This document shows, one piece after another, positions 25,964 through 41,600 of a DNA stretch of 64,000 bases. Made by a program: the position numbers and the translations under genes. Below the pieces are notes generated by a model that ran no database searches, was not told the origin of the DNA, and worked only from the letters and a program-made list of their open reading frames with translations. This DNA is from Haliotis rufescens (taxonomy: Eukaryota): NCBI RefSeq assembly GCF_023055435.1, contig NW_025964223.1, forward strand, positions 44,516,001-44,580,000, read 5' to 3'. Position 1 is the first letter of the stretch, and each line of letters begins with the position of its first letter.

Positions 25964-27259
25964 ACATAATATAAAAAAAGAAGAATATTTTAAATTCATA
26001 CAACTATTGAATCAGATGTCACGGGAAGTCAGATATGTTGCACAACAAGCATTGCTTTACGCTCTCTCTGATTGGCTGAAAACATTTCTTTCCTTTGAGT
26101 TTATTGGCTTAGTCACGCTGGGCAATGCAGGGCATTGTCAATACTGTCTTTTAAGGAAGCTTATGTGTCCCTTTCTCAGCCAGTGAAAATACAGATATAA
26201 TTTGTAAATGTAATAATAAGTGTAGAAACGTATATCTAGTCTAACAACGGAATGAACAGGTTAGTTTTTTTTATATCTAACGTATATATTACAGGCAAAA
26301 TGAAAGCCAAAACATAGATGTAGAATTATTACAGGAACATCATCCTCAAGTCGAAACTATTGCCGGCGCTATATATTATATTGTCAAGAGGACTTACTTA
26401 CTATACAAAAGGACAATTGTCAAGAGGACTTACAAACAATATAATATCACTGCGTTAGGATCAGTAACGCGGTACTATGAGATGATATTAAGGTGTTATA
26501 GGATTTTACTCCGCGTTTTAAAGGTTATTTCACTTATACAGCAACGTGCATTCACGGGTGTAGGGTTGTTTGTAATAGGACGGACTTGTACCGCAGTTTA
26601 ATATGACTATCCCATTCAGACATATTATATTGACTCCGATCAAACATGTTCTTCTTTTATCTTCTTAGTGCCGATCACCAAGCATGCTAAAACGAAATAT
26701 AAACTTTTAACGTCTTTTGGTGTGACACGGCCATCGAACCACCGACCATTTGCTTTCCGGACATAAGCTCTATCCACTTCATCGCTTAGGGGTCTGGTTT
26801 ATGATCAGAAGCATTCTTGAATGCACCAGATCGTTCTAAAAACAAGTTAATCGTGACTCCTGTGCGTATCCTGTATCTTGCATTATTAATACAAATTTTA
26901 TGTAAAAAAATAACAATAATCATTTTGACAATGTGCACGATAGATGAGCAACCATACCAGGCAACAGTCGCCGTACGGGATATGACTCACAGGCTACATG
27001 AGATCAGCGAATTATGTGTGACTGTTTCAGGAATAGGATGCCAAATGGATGGATCCGGTTTGAAGGTTCTTGTTACAGTAATTCCCGTACATTTATTCAT
27101 GCTTCGGTGAGTCATTCCTAAGAACAGTGCAACGTAAGACATTAAGGGCTGGTTACATATTTGTGTTTAATTTGTCGTACTTTGTTCAGACAGAGTGAAA
27201 AAGCTAATACAATTAATGGTTCATAAATCAGAAATTGTCACATGATCATTTCGATGAAG

Positions 27260-27650
27260 TAAAGTGAAGTGAAATTAGGTTTAACGTCGCGTCCAGGATT
27301 CTTGCACTCATATAGTGACGTGCATGTACGTATGTGTATGTGTGTGTGTGTGTGCGTGCGTGCGTGTGTGTGTGTTTGTGTGTGTGTGTGTATGTGTGTG
27401 TGTGTGTGTTTGTACTGCTTGTACTAGTCCGGACTAATGCCGATTACATAGTGCTAGCCCACTGAAGGTGCCAAACCGTAGTTTAACACGAATGCCCAAC
27501 TTAGACGCAGTCTACTCCAAGTCGACCAGTCCTTATAATAGCTCCTTAATGCCGAGCGCCAGGCAGGGTAACAACAAGTACCTTCTTTTAACGACTTTTG
27601 GTCGGACGCGGCCGGGGTTCTTACCCCGGACTTTCCGCTCTCAGGGCGAA
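27260..27650 (-). mobile_element. tRNA-derived SINE (family 1) with (CA)n insert
   Basis: Same core as 3390-3716; TG microsatellite at ~27330-27408. Confidence 0.75.
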
Positions 27651-28399
27651 ATACTCATTACAATGAAAGGATCCCTCAGCTAATCTACGAGTAGGTCGTC
27701 CAGGAAGAGCAATCGTGTAGGATCCGTGTAGTCACTGATCATTTATACGACCAAGGACAGTCCAGAGGTGCATGTAATCCTTCGTCCATCGTCAATACTT
27801 CAATGGTTTGTATATAGTATGTTCTCGCATCACTCGCGAATGCATTAGGTCGTTTTGTGGCATTGTCGCTATTTGTAGCAAATCAGGTCACTGTCTTATT
27901 CCCAACAACCCAATAACCCAGCCTTGCACGGTCATCGTCTCCAAACATTGATCTGAATATTTCAGCGTTACACAAATGTGACATCATTGCGGCACCAATT
28001 GTGGGTTTACTCTGGCATTGAACATGCATATCACCAGGTTTGGGTAAATAAATGACTTATGTTGGGAGGTGTTACCCAAAGTATGTAGATAGTGCGTGTT
28101 ATCCAAACCTACGACACAGGGTTACACATTAAAGAATCAACGTCCAGGTATAGTACAATACGAAATTGAATATGATGGTCTGTAATAATGAGTAATAATA
28201 AGTTATGTTTTCAACTAGTTCTTAATGTGGTTTAATTTGCTCGCCAATTACGGGACCCATACCAAGAAGCGTAAGTTTAAATGTATATGAGATACATGTA
28301 CTGTGTGTTAATTTTTTTTAGACTTGCTCGTAAACTTTAAACAGAGACATTGAGTTGAGTAAGAAAGGTAATCTCAACAGCGTTTGGGAAAAATAACAC

Positions 28400-29522
28400 C
28401 AAGGGGACGTCTTTAAGGACACGATAGGGGACGCCTTGTGGCTGAAGATGGCGGACGCCTATAGGGTGAAGCTAGGGGACGCCTTCTGGGTAATCATAGG
28501 GGACGCCTTGTGGATGATGTAATGGGACGCCTTGTGGATGATGTAATGGGACGCCTTGTGAGTAACGATAGCACATACCTTGTTGGTGAAGCTTGGGGAC
28601 GCCTTTTGGGTAACGATAGGGGACGCCTTGTGGGTGAAGGTGGGGGGACGCCTTTTAGGACACGATAGGGGACGCCTTGTGGCTGAATATAGCGGATGCC
28701 TACAGGGTGAAGCTAGGGGACGCCTTCTGGGTAACCATGGGGGACGCCTTGTGGATGATGTAATGGGACGCCTTTTGGGTGAAGATAGGGGACCCTTTAT
28801 GGGTGAATATAGCGAATGCCTCATGGGTGATGATATGGACCACTTTGTGGGTGAAGATATGGACCACTTTGTGGGTGAAGATAGCGATTGCCTTGTGAAC
28901 GAAGCTAGGGGACGCCTTCTGGGTAATGATAGGGGACGCATTGGGGTGATGATATGGAACGCCCTGTGTGTGAAGATAGCGGATGCCTATATGGTGAAAC
29001 TAGGGGACGCCTTCTGGATAACGATAGGGAACGCTTTGGGGGTGAAGAGAGCGGATGCCGGGTGGGGGAAAGGTAGGGGATGCCTTTTGGGAAACGATAA
29101 GGGACGCCTTGAAGAATGAAAATAGCGGGCGCCTTGTAGGTGAAGACAGAGGACGCCTTTAGGGTGAAGATACGGGACGCCTTTAAGAGTGAAGATAGGG
29201 GGCGTCTTGTGGGTACAAATAGGAGACGCTTTGTGGGTGAAGATGGGGACGCCTTGTGGGCGAAGATAGGGGCGCGTTGTAGGTGGAAATAGGGGAAGCC
29301 TTGAGGGTGAAGATAGGGGACACCTTTATAGCGAAAACAGGCTAGGGAACGCGTTGTGTGTAAAGATACGGGGCGCCTTCTGGGGGAGGATAGGAAACGT
29401 CTTGTGTGCAAAATTACGGGACGCCTTCTGGGTGAAGATAGGGGACGCCTTCTGGGTAAATATAGGAGACACGTTGTGGGTGAAGATAGAGGACGTCTTG
29501 AGTGTGAAGTGTATGGGACGAC
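28400..29522. repeat. Degenerate ~24 bp purine-rich minisatellite
   Basis: Consensus ~GATAGGGGACGCCTTGTGGGTGAA repeated across ~1.1 kb. Confidence 0.9.
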
Positions 29523-30829
29523 AGGTTGGTAACGATTAGCAAAGGAGCAGGCATATTCTAATTCCTAAGCGTGTAACAGCTGCATTCAACTCAACGCCGT
29601 CAACGAACATATATTACAAGAAGTAAGGTATGGATGAGACAATGATAAATTGATCGGGCGATTTTAAAAGGAGACCCGGAAATGACATCTTGATCCAGTC
29701 TCAACACATTATCGACATATTTAGGTTTCATCAATAGTTAATATACCACCCATTCATGGTATCAAAAAGATCATCATTCCTTGTTCAATATTCCGTGAGA
29801 TATTTGCGGTTAAACAAAGGTGAGTTTTCCGCCGCCTAATGCATATAATTGTTTGATCACAGCGTACAATTTTATGGGAAAGTAATTCTCCCAAAATGTA
29901 GGTCTTGGACGTTTTCAATTTTTTTAAACTCACGAGCACAGGTGTAGTACCGAACAGAGCAACATAATCAGGGTGAATCATTGGTGTATGATACTTGCTC
30001 ACCTATGTACCCATGGTCATATGCCCTGTAGTTTAAATAAGTCAACTTGCTCACATTTACCCCTATTGTTGAGAAAACAATGCGACCCAAATACGACTAT
30101 GTCAGGGTCTCCTTCATATTCATAGAACATTGCCTTCACCATGTGACTGCCATAGTGCCGGGAAAATGTACAATTCGTCTTTGAAGATTCAAAGTGTTGA
30201 TCTCCCTAGTATTGTTACACCACACCTAGTATTGCCACCCACACACAAATCTGTATTCTATATGTACATGTAATCATAATGTGAAATGACCGTTGTACAA
30301 GCGCATGGTCTATCAGGTAACAAATGAAGGGCTGGCTATGAAGGGGCGTGTGCTGTTGGTCTAACCGCACCCCGATGCTCACATTATTACAATAATTGAT
30401 ATCTGAATAGGTGATTGGCTGCTATGTGTTAAACATAATGCCATAACGCCTACCATATTGCGCATAAAACTAAACAATAGCTTCGAGAAGAAAAGATTTC
30501 ATTCAATCAAAAATAGCTTTGCTGTTAGGAAGAACTTGCATAATGATGACATTGTGTGGCTTATTGTGATGAAAAGTCAATGACGTTTACAAGAGACGAG
30601 ATGAAGTCAATATCGAGTAATTGTAAGTCATTTTTATGGCCAGCGTAGAATTGACGGGTCCGCCCATTTCGACTGTAGGTCATTGATCTAAGTGTGACAA
30701 TAAAGAAAATTGACGTATTGTGATGTCACGCGAATGACTCTTAAATGCACTAGGCGTATACTGTAACTGGTGGATAATGGTCACTTAGGAGACTTCCGGA
30801 AGGGAATATATTAAGTTTTCTTCTCAAAG

Positions 30830-33800
30830 ATGGGGATGAGGATCGTCACCAGTATCAGGATAGTTATCGCGTTAATTTTGCCATGTTCATATTTCACACA
30901 AGGTAAGATATTGTTGATTGTGTTCACTCACGGTGTAATGTGGTTACTTATGGTGTTATGTTCACAATATCAAGTAGAAATCTTGATCATAAAAATGTGA
31001 CATAGCAGTTAGATCGCTCCTTTGTGTTTAGTCAAATGTGAACCGAATAGTGTTTCCTTGTAACAACACGATATCTTGAAACAAAAAACATGTTCTATCA
31101 TGACGTCATGGGGGGGGGGGGGGGGGGGGGGGGGTATGACAATCGGTATTGAGAGAAAAGCTGAAGATAATTGACGTAAAACATATGAGAATACACAATT
31201 TAGTCCCCACCCCTACATAAAATGGACTTGTCCGACATTGCCGAATCATCACCATTTAAAGTAAACACGGGTCAATGTAATGAAAGCTTGCACATTTTAT
31301 CAACATCCTTAAAGAGGCTGTGCAAAATGTTGAAGAGGCAGGCAACATGTTGATATCTCATAAGAAATAGACGACTCCTGATCGTTATGTGTCGGACAAT
31401 AAACACTGCAGGGAGAATAAACCTCTCGGGGTGCGCCCCTCATGGTTTATTTTCCCTGTTGTGTTTTATTGTACGATCACCAACTCCCACTCGTCGTTTA
31501 TTTCTTAAATATACATTCAGGAAAATAGCACTAATGATCGCGAACCTTTACGAAATCCTATGCCTGCACATAACAATGTCGAAACAATAATTGTTTACAT
31601 TGATTTTGAAATGAGATCATTTGAACCCTTCTATGCTTCAAATTTTGATGCCGGGTAATTTCGATATCTTAACGTCGATAATTCACATTCACCTGAATGA
31701 TACCCCTTGCATGAGTCTTGTTTTTACTCTGCATCTTCGTAAAAAAGCGAATTATTATCAGCGGAAGAATTAATCATCACAGATACGATGTGATGTGTAC
31801 ATGTATTATCATCACATGATGGGAAGGTGTCTCGGCAGGATAAAAAACGGTTTCCGTTATGGTCACATATGGAGGTCACGTAGGTACAGCTTGCAGTGTT
31901 TACAAACAAACATGGCGTCACTCTTGTCAATGGGCGATCGAGACGGAAGGGGACATTGAGAAACTATTGGGATAATCGTTATCAGTATCAAAACAGTAGG
32001 CAAAGATACTGAAAATCAGTGTCAGGTTTTGGAGATATATTTGCTAACAATTTAGCGAGGACATCAGGCCTAGCCTTGCGGGGTCAGTTTAATTCAACAT
32101 CGGATTGTGTTTGTAGGACCTCTGAGGCTTGAGGTATTTGCCCCAATTTGGCCGAAATATGTCAGAATTGTTACCTTGTTTCATTTTGTCGCTGTGTGAA
32201 TATCAGACTCTGCACAGGAATGTTAGAGTAGCTTCCCTTTGATGAAGGGTAGTTGCTCTTGAGGTAGGACGGAAGGACTGCCTCGAAAGGGAAGTAGAAA
32301 TAATATGTGTAGGAAACTGTTATTTTTCCTATATTATGTAGTTACGTCAGTGTCTGAGAAACAGGTTTCGGTTGGAACTTAATTGACTGTTCTCACTGTC
32401 CGACTGACAAATCACTGACCTTCTCACGTAATATACATTAATGCGCATATCCAAAGAAAACTTGCCATGCTTAGGTCATGTTTGTGAGAGAGGAGTACAG
32501 GTTTTCGACGACAGAATTAAAAAATGACAATACATGAAAAAGAGGTTATCACGCAAGTGTAATTTGGGATGGTAAATGTCCTATATTAGGTATGGCTGTG
32601 TATCATACCAGAAGACAATTATTTCCTATTTCTCAACATGACAACATTTTTCTTATGACAAAGGCGAAAGAGATGTTTTCCAGATAAACCGTTTTCCATA
32701 TGTGGTTTAGATAATTGTTGAAAAGGCTGAACATCATTATTCATACATTGAATAATAAACTCGGGTGAGATGAGGTGAAATGTGATTGCACTTATATAGA
32801 GACGTGCATACATGTGTGTGTGTGTTTGTGGACTGATGCCAATTTATAGTGCTAGCCCACTGATATGCCATGCCTTAGTTTAGACACAGTATAATGACTC
32901 CGTGCCGACCAGTCCTCGTTTTAGCCCTTTAATGCCGAGCGTCAGGCAGGGTAACAAGTACGAGGCTTTAACGTATTTCGGTATGACGCGGCCGGGGATC
33001 GAACCCCGGACCTTCCGCTCTCCGGGCGGACGCTCTACCACTAAAAACGGAGGCGGTCGGGAAACTCTGTGACTGAATGCCCGATATATGGCTAAAGGTG
33101 TGGGTTTAATGTTCACGTCAAGAAGCATGCCAACCATTCTGTTTCCATTTGAACATTTAGTTATGTCTATACTCTGTAATAAATTACATCAATTTCTAAC
33201 ACAGTCGGCGGACATACTTCTAACGGATTCGGCTTTTAACCCTGATTAACACAACAAAACACGTACAGTTGTATATACAATATCCCCCTTACCACATATA
33301 ATGTTTGAACGTATTTATTCACGCATATACCGTATTCGACGTAATAAGCGCCCATGGTGCTCTCAAAATTAGAAATAGGGGGTTCTTATTAGAATATCGT
33401 AGATTAAAGGAGGTATGGATACGGAGTGATGTACGTAGACATTTCATAATCTGGTATTTTGTGTTAATTGCAGAGAACATATGTCCAACGACATCTGGAG
33501 AAAAGGGTATGTATGCTTGTCATTGACTTAAAGTCAGGTTAAATGTCATTTACGTGATCCATACAGTTGATAAATACAGAACATAGCCTGGTGTCTGTAT
33601 CGGATGGTCTCCTCTTACATATACGTTTCGGAAAATCAATATGACGTCAAAACAATTTCACATTGTGCACTGTTAGAAAGGCTGTAGGGACGAAATAGAA
33701 TCAGTGATGTTGACTGAACCAAACATGACGTAAATGAGTATAGTTATTGATGACATCATATATTGTATCGTCACTATATGTAATACTTCAACAATACATG

Positions 33801-34211
33801 TATCAACACCAGTGCCAGTGGTACCCTACTTGTGAAGATCCGTGTTTAGCATTGGTCTTCAGCAACCCATGCTTGTCATACGAGGCGACTAATGGGAACT
33901 GGTGGTCAGACTCGCTGACTGACAGTCGTCATATATATAGCTGGAATATTACTGAGTGTGGCACTAATTATAAACAACAAATACTTGGTATAATACCTGG
34001 TACTTCCTGTATATCTATGCTTACCTTGAATCATATATATGATAAATTAGATACATGTGCTCTAATATGAAATAGGTAGAATACTGAAATCAATATACAA
34101 TAAAATGTGTCGGTAAAAAAGCTAATAATAATAATAATAATAATAATAGCAGCTTAATTTTTGGCTTTTTCACCGGAATTATTATTATCATTATTATTAT
34201 TATTATTATTA

Positions 34212-34251
<40 letters not shown>

Positions 34252-37200
34252 ACCAACAAGTTATATTGTGCTTCAGTTGTACACGTATGTGAGGGCAATT
34301 TTGCCACTGGAACATCCGTCTATCTGGACACCTTTAAGGCTGTCAACTATGAAGGCGGCTGTACATGTCAACTCAGGGCACAGGGAGGCGCTGTTGATCT
34401 CCAGGTATCAGTTCAGGGGGTTCATGCTGCCTGTGACGCTACCCTGTATTTCGCTCCGCCTATTGATCACACCTATAACTGTGCAGACAAGACACCCACA
34501 ACTACAACAGGAAGGATTGAGTCAGGACAGTCGGTCTTCCTTTCTCTCACCAAAAGCTCTGACGTAGCCGATTTCTGTGTCCATTTAGTACAGACATCAA
34601 CAGGTGAGTTTGCATAATGTAAATGAACCATGGATGCATTTGGATGCAGTTATAAAATATCGTAAGTTTACACCTAGCAGGTATTACGTCAACGTTCAAG
34701 ATGAAAAAAGACTGATTGTGTCGGGCTAGGTTTTATTTATAAATGTGACCAGGTTTTGGCCATGAACTAAAAATTAATATAGACTCATTATCAGTGATCC
34801 TTTCATGTAATTTTCACTGCTATCTTTGCCTCTTACGTCCTATGGAATCTGTTGAGGCAGTTAATCGTGACTGGTTATTCTGGCGTTAACTTTAAATATG
34901 TTGTAATCTTTAGAATAAAGCTAGCAAAACAAGGTTATTTCCAATGTACAATGTTTTAATTATTATCGAATTAAACTTAATTTATTAATTTGATGTAAGG
35001 TATATATGCAATAACTGTGTTTTCACAACCACATGTTTAGTATTTGAGAATCAAATGCAGAATTATTATTTTTTTAAACTTAAGGGTCATTTTCAGGTTG
35101 AAAGATACATTGGAAGAGGGTCATTTACAGATGGTAATATCCCAGATGGAGTTATAAATTCACTTACAGAACCGATTGTAATCTAAAACGTGAGGTATTT
35201 AAGTTAAATCATTAGTGTTCCTTTGCACGTCCAATGAATTTCTAACATGTATATTTTCTCACGTTATTTAGCTGGGTCTTTGAACGTAGCTTGCACAAAG
35301 GGTACGTTGAAACCTGCAAGCACCACGACAATAGCACCTGCACCTGCAGTGACGACCTCTCCAACGACTATTATAGGTAATTACATTCCCGCTATTACAT
35401 TTCCAGCATTTTGAAGATATGCTACAAATATGAAAGGAAGCTCGGGTGGTCAAGTTGTTCTAAGGCGCCACAATTCGCTGGACATAGCACCGTTACAACA
35501 CACTCAGTCATAACAAATGTGAAAAGTAGCATCTGTGGAATAAACATTATCTTAAAAGTGATAAGACTAGTGATAGGGTAGGACTAGGTCAACTATCCTT
35601 CACCCTGGCGTTTAGGTTTAACTTTGTCATCGGTGTTGACAATCGGTGTTGGGAGAATCATCACCATTAAATTAAACACGGGTCAATGTATTGAAAGCTA
35701 GCACATTTTATTAACATCCTTAAAGAGGCTGTGCGAAATGTTGAAGAGGCTGTGCAACATGTTGATATCTCATAAGAAATAAACGACTCCTGATCGGCGC
35801 GCCCCTCATGGTTTATTTTCCCTGTTGTGTTTTATTGTACGATCACCAACTCCCACTCGTTGTGAATTTCTTAAATATACCATGCTTAACATTCAGGAAA
35901 ATAGCACTTATGATCGCGAACCTTTACGAAATCCAATGCCTGCACCTTACACTGTCGAAACAGAAATTGTTTACATTGATTTTGAAATGAGATCATTTGA
36001 ACCCTTCTATGCTGCGAATTTTGATGCCGGGTAATTTTGATGTCTTAACGATAATTTATATTCACCTTAATGATACCCCTTGCATTATTTTTGTTTTTAC
36101 TCCGCAACTTCGAAAAAACGAATTATTATCAGCGGAAGAATCAATCATCACAGATACGATGTGACGTGTACATGTATTATAATCACATGATGGGTACGTG
36201 TCTCGCCAGGATAAAAACGGTTTCCGTTATGGTCACATATGGAGGTCACGTAGGTACAACGTGCTGTGTTTACAAATAAACATGGCGTCGCTCTTGTCAA
36301 TCGTCGATCGAGACGGAAGTAACCATCGGGGACGTGGAGAAACTATTGGGATAATCGTTATCAGTATCAAAACAGTAGGCAAAGATACTGAAAATCAGTC
36401 TCTAATTAGGACGTAGCTGAGACATTTTTCAAGTTTTGGAGATATATTTGCTAACAATTTAGCGAGGACATCAGGCCTAGCCTTGCGGGTTCAGTTTAAT
36501 TCCACATCGGGTTGTGTTTGTAGAACCTCTGAGGTTTGAGGTATTTGCCTAATTTCAAGAAGCTGGATTTGACCGGAATATGTCAGAATTATTACCTTGT
36601 TTCATTTTGTCGCTGTGTGAATATCAGACTCTGCACTTCGTTACGTTAGGAAAGGACAAACAGACTATCATAGAAAGTGTTAGAGTAGCTTCCCTTTGAT
36701 GAAGGGTAGTTGCTCTTGAGGTAGGACGGAAGGACTGCCGCGAAAGGGAAGTAGAGACAATATGTGTAGGCAACTGTTATTTTGCCTATATGTAGTTACG
36801 TCAGCGTCTGAGAAACAGGTTTCAATGGGAACTAAATTGACCGTCCCTAATGTACGACTGACGAATTACTGACCTTCTCACGTAATATATGTTGATGCGC
36901 ACTTGCAATGTTTAGGTAATGTTTGTGAGAGAGCAATACAGGTTTTCGACGACAACATTTAAGAATGACAATAGATGAAAAAGAGGTTATCACGCTTGTG
37001 TAATTTGGGATGGTAAATGTCCTATATTAGGTATGGCTGTGCAACTCACCAGAAGGCAATTATTTCCTATTTCTCAACATGTCAACATTTTTCTTATGAC
37101 AAAGGCTAAAGAGATGTTTTCCAGATAAACCGTTTTCCATATGTGGTTTAAATAATTATTTATGAAAGCTAAACATCATTATTCATAACTTAATAATAAA

Positions 37201-38571
37201 CTCGGGTGAGATGAGGTGAGGTGATATGGGATTGCACATATATAGCGACGTGCATACACGTGTGTGTGTTTGTGGACTGATGCTAATTTATAGAGCTAGC
37301 CCACTGATATGCCATGCCTTAGTTTAACATGAAAACCCCACTCAGACACAGTATACTGACTCCGAGCCGACCAGTCCTCGTTTTAGCCCCTTAACGTCTA
37401 GCGTCAGGCAGGGTAACAACAAGTACGAGGTTTTAACGTATTTCGGTATGACGCGACCGGGGATCGAACCTTCCGCTCTCCGGACGGACGCTCTACCACT
37501 AAAAAACGGAGGCGGTCGGGAAACTCTGTGACTTAATGCCCGATATATGGCTAAAGGTGTAGGTTTAATATTCACGCCAAGAACCATGCCAACCATTCTG
37601 TTTCCATTTGAACATTTACATTTAGTAATGTCTATACATCCATTTCTAAAACAAATGTTTTTATACATATAGGCGGGAATCCTTCTAGCGGATTCGGCCT
37701 TTATCCCTGATTAACACAACAAAACACGTACAGTTGTACATACAATATCCCTCTTACCACATACAATGTTTAAACGTATTTATTCACGCATATAATCGTA
37801 AAGTAAAGGAGATATGGATACGGAGTGATGAACGTAGACATTGCATAATCTGCTATTTTGCGCTGTTTGCAGAGAACATATGTCCAACGACATCTGGAGA
37901 AAAGGGTATGTATGCTTATCATTGACTTAAAGTCAGGTTAAATGTCATTTACGTAATCCATACAGTTGATAGCATCTCCTCTTACATATACGTTTCGAAA
38001 AATCAATGTGACGTCAAAACAATTTCACATTGTGCACTGTTAGAAAGGCTGTAGGGACGAAATAGAATCAGTGATGTTGACTGAACCAAACATGACGTAA
38101 ATGAGTATAGTTATTGATGACATCATATATTGTTTCGTCACTATATGTAATACATCAACAATACATATATCAACACCAGTGCCAGTGGCACCCTACTTGT
38201 GAAGATCCGTGTTTAGCATTGGTCTTCAGCAACCCATGCTTGTCTTACGAGGCGACTATTGGGACCGGGTGGTCAGACTCGCTGACTGACAGCCGTCATA
38301 TATATAGCTGGAATATTACTGAGTGTGGCACTAATTATAAACAACAAATACACAAAACAAACGCTGGTTCTTCCTGTATATTTATGCTTACCTTGAATCA
38401 TATAGATGAAAAATTAGATACATGATATGAAATAGGTAGAATACTGAAATCAATATACAATAAAAAGTGTCGGTAAAGCCGGTTAAAAAGCTAATAATAA
38501 TAATAATAATAATAATAATAGCAGCTTAATTTTTATCTTTTTCACCGGAATTATTATTATTATTATTATTA

Positions 38572-38611
<40 letters not shown>

Positions 38612-41600
38612 ACCAACAAGTGTATATTGTACTTCAGTTGTACACGTATGTGAGGGCAACTTTGCCACTGGAACATCCGTCTATCTGGACACCTTTAAGG
38701 CTGTCAACTATGAAGGCGGCTGTACATGTCAACTCAGGGCACAGGGAGGCGCTGTTGATCTCCAGGTATCAGTTCAGGGGGTTCATGCTGCCTGTGACGC
38801 TACCCTGTATTTCGCTCCGCCTATTGATCACACCTATAACTGTGCAGACAAGACACCCGCAACTACTACAGGAAGGATTGAGTCAGGACAGTCGGTCTTC
38901 CTTTCTCTCACCAAAAGCTCTGACGTAGCCGATTTCTGTGTCCATTTAGTACAGACATCAACAGGTGAGTTTGCATAATGTAACTGAACCATGGATGCAT
39001 TTGGATGCGGTTATAAAATATCGTAAGTTTACACCTAGCAGGTATCACGTCAACGTTCAAGATGAAAAAAGACTGATTGTGTCGGGCTAGGTTTAATTTA
39101 TAAATGTAACCAGGTGTTGGCCATGAACTAAAAAATAATATAGTCTCATTATCAGTGATCCTTTCATGTAATTTTCACTGCTATCTTTGCCTCTTACGTC
39201 CTATGGAATCTGTTTCGGCAGTTAATCGAGACTGGTTATTCTGGCGTTAACTTTAAATATGTTGTAATCTTTAGAATAAAGCTAGGGAAACAAGGTTATT
39301 TCCAATGTACAATGCTTTAATTATACGTCCCGCGACACATTGTATTCATGTGAAATGGATTCGAATTAAAACTTAATTTATTAATTTGATGTAAGGTCTA
39401 TATGCAATAACTGTGTTTTCACAACCACATGTTTAGTATTTGAGAATCAAATGCAGAATTTTTTTTTAAATTTAAGGGTCATTTTCAGGTTGAAAGATAC
39501 ATTGGAAGAGGGTCAAAGAAGCTAAACCATTACAAATAGGCATCATGGTTAATAGCTCCATCTCTTAACTTCATTGATCTAATAAAACTGAAAGGAAATA
39601 ATTTATCTCACGTTCCTCCATACGTTCGCATGTATCAACAGCAAGACGTTCCTAGCCATGTCGGTACCATCTGGTTCTCCGTTAGCTCATGAAATCATAA
39701 ATCTCGATTCATCGCTGAACCAAACCATTCTTCCTTGCTAGTTTGACCACATTCTGCCTGCTTGGCACCACAGGCGTCCACATGGGATGATGATACTTAA
39801 AACATATCCTCGGAAGGCTGTCTTGTTCTGAGACCTGCCTCTCAAATGCGGTTCCGTACTCTCTGGTCAGACACTCTGCGTAATCGTAGGACTACAGCTG
39901 TTGTCAGTATGAAGCGTCATACAGTGATCCTGAGCAGCCCCTGTAACACCCTTATGATTGTAGACCTTGTCACGATTGCTTGTCCACACGCATACCTTTG
40001 AAACATATCAATCAATACTTTCTTTGGCTTCAGTTAATGTTTTGAACTCAGAAATGTATATGCCTACGATTTTCTTTCATTTACAATTGGTAATATCCCA
40101 GATGGAGTTATAAATTCACTTACAGAACCGATTGTAATCTAAAACGTGAGGTATTTAAGTTAAATCATTAGTGTTCCTTTGCACGTCCAATGAATTTCTA
40201 ACATGTATATTTTCTCACGTTATTTAGCTGGGTCTTTGAACGTAGCTTGCACAAAGGGTACGTTGAAACCTGCAAGCACCACGACAATAGCACCTGCACC
40301 TGCACCTGCAGTGACGACCTCTCCAACGACTATTATAGGTAATTACATTCCCGCTATTACATTTCCAGCATTTTGAAGATATGCTACAAATATGAAAGGA
40401 AGCTCGGGTGGTCAAGTTGTTCTAAGGCGCCACAATTCGCTGGACATAGCACCGTTACAACACACTCAGTCATAACAAATGTGAAAAGTAGCATCTGTGG
40501 AATAAAAATTATCTTACAAGGGATAAGACTAGTGATAGGGTAGGACTAGGTCAACTATCCTTCACCCTGGCGTTTAGGTTTTACTTTGTCATCGGTGTTG
40601 ACAATCGGTGTTGGGAGAATCATCACCATTAAATTAAACACGGGTCAATGTATTGAAAGCTAGCACATTTTATTAACATCCTTAAAGAGGCTGTGCGAAA
40701 CGTTGAAGAGGCTGTGCAACATGTTGATATCTCATAAGAAATAAACGACTCCTGATCGGCGCGCCCCTCATGGTTTATTTTCCCTGTTGTGTTTTATTGT
40801 ACGATCACCAACTCCCACTCGTTGTGAATTTCTTAAATATACCATGCTTAACATTCAGGAAAATAGCACTTATGATCGCGAACCTTTACGAAATCCAATG
40901 CCTGCACCTTACACTGTCGAAACAGAAATTGTTTACATTGATTTTGAAATGAGATCATTTGAACCCTTCTATGCTGCGAATTTTGATGCCGGGTAATTTT
41001 GATGTCTTAACGATAATTTATATTCACCTTAATGATACCCCTTGCATGATTTTTGTTTTCACTCCTCAACTTCGTAAAAAAACGAATTATTATCAGCGGA
41101 AGAATCAATCATCACAGATACGATGTGACGTGTACATGCATTATAATCACATGATGGGTACGTGTCTCGCCAGGATAAAAACGGTTTCCGTTATGGTCAC
41201 CTATGGAGGTCACGTAGGTACAACTTGCTGTGTTTACAAATAAACATGGCGTCGCTCTTGTCAATCGTCGATCGAGACGGAAGTAACCATCGGGGACGTG
41301 GAGAAACTATTGGGATAATCGTTATCAGTATCAAAACAGTAGGCAAAGATACTGAAAATCAGTCTCTAATTAGGACGTAGCTGAGACATTTTTCAAGTTT
41401 TGGAGATATATTTGCTAACAATTTAGCGAGGACACCAGGCCTAGCCTTGCGGGTTCAGTTTAATTCCACATCTGATTGTGTTTTTAGAACTTCTGAGGTT
41501 TGAGGTATTTGCCTAATTTCAAGAAGCTGGATTTGACCGGAATATGTCAGAATTATTACCTTGTTTCATTTTGTCGCTGTGTGAATATCAGACTCTGCAC

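Noticed and set aside
28459-29539. Arg/Pro-rich and Gly-rich ORFs
   Set aside because: Translations of the 24 bp minisatellite with frequent frame changes.
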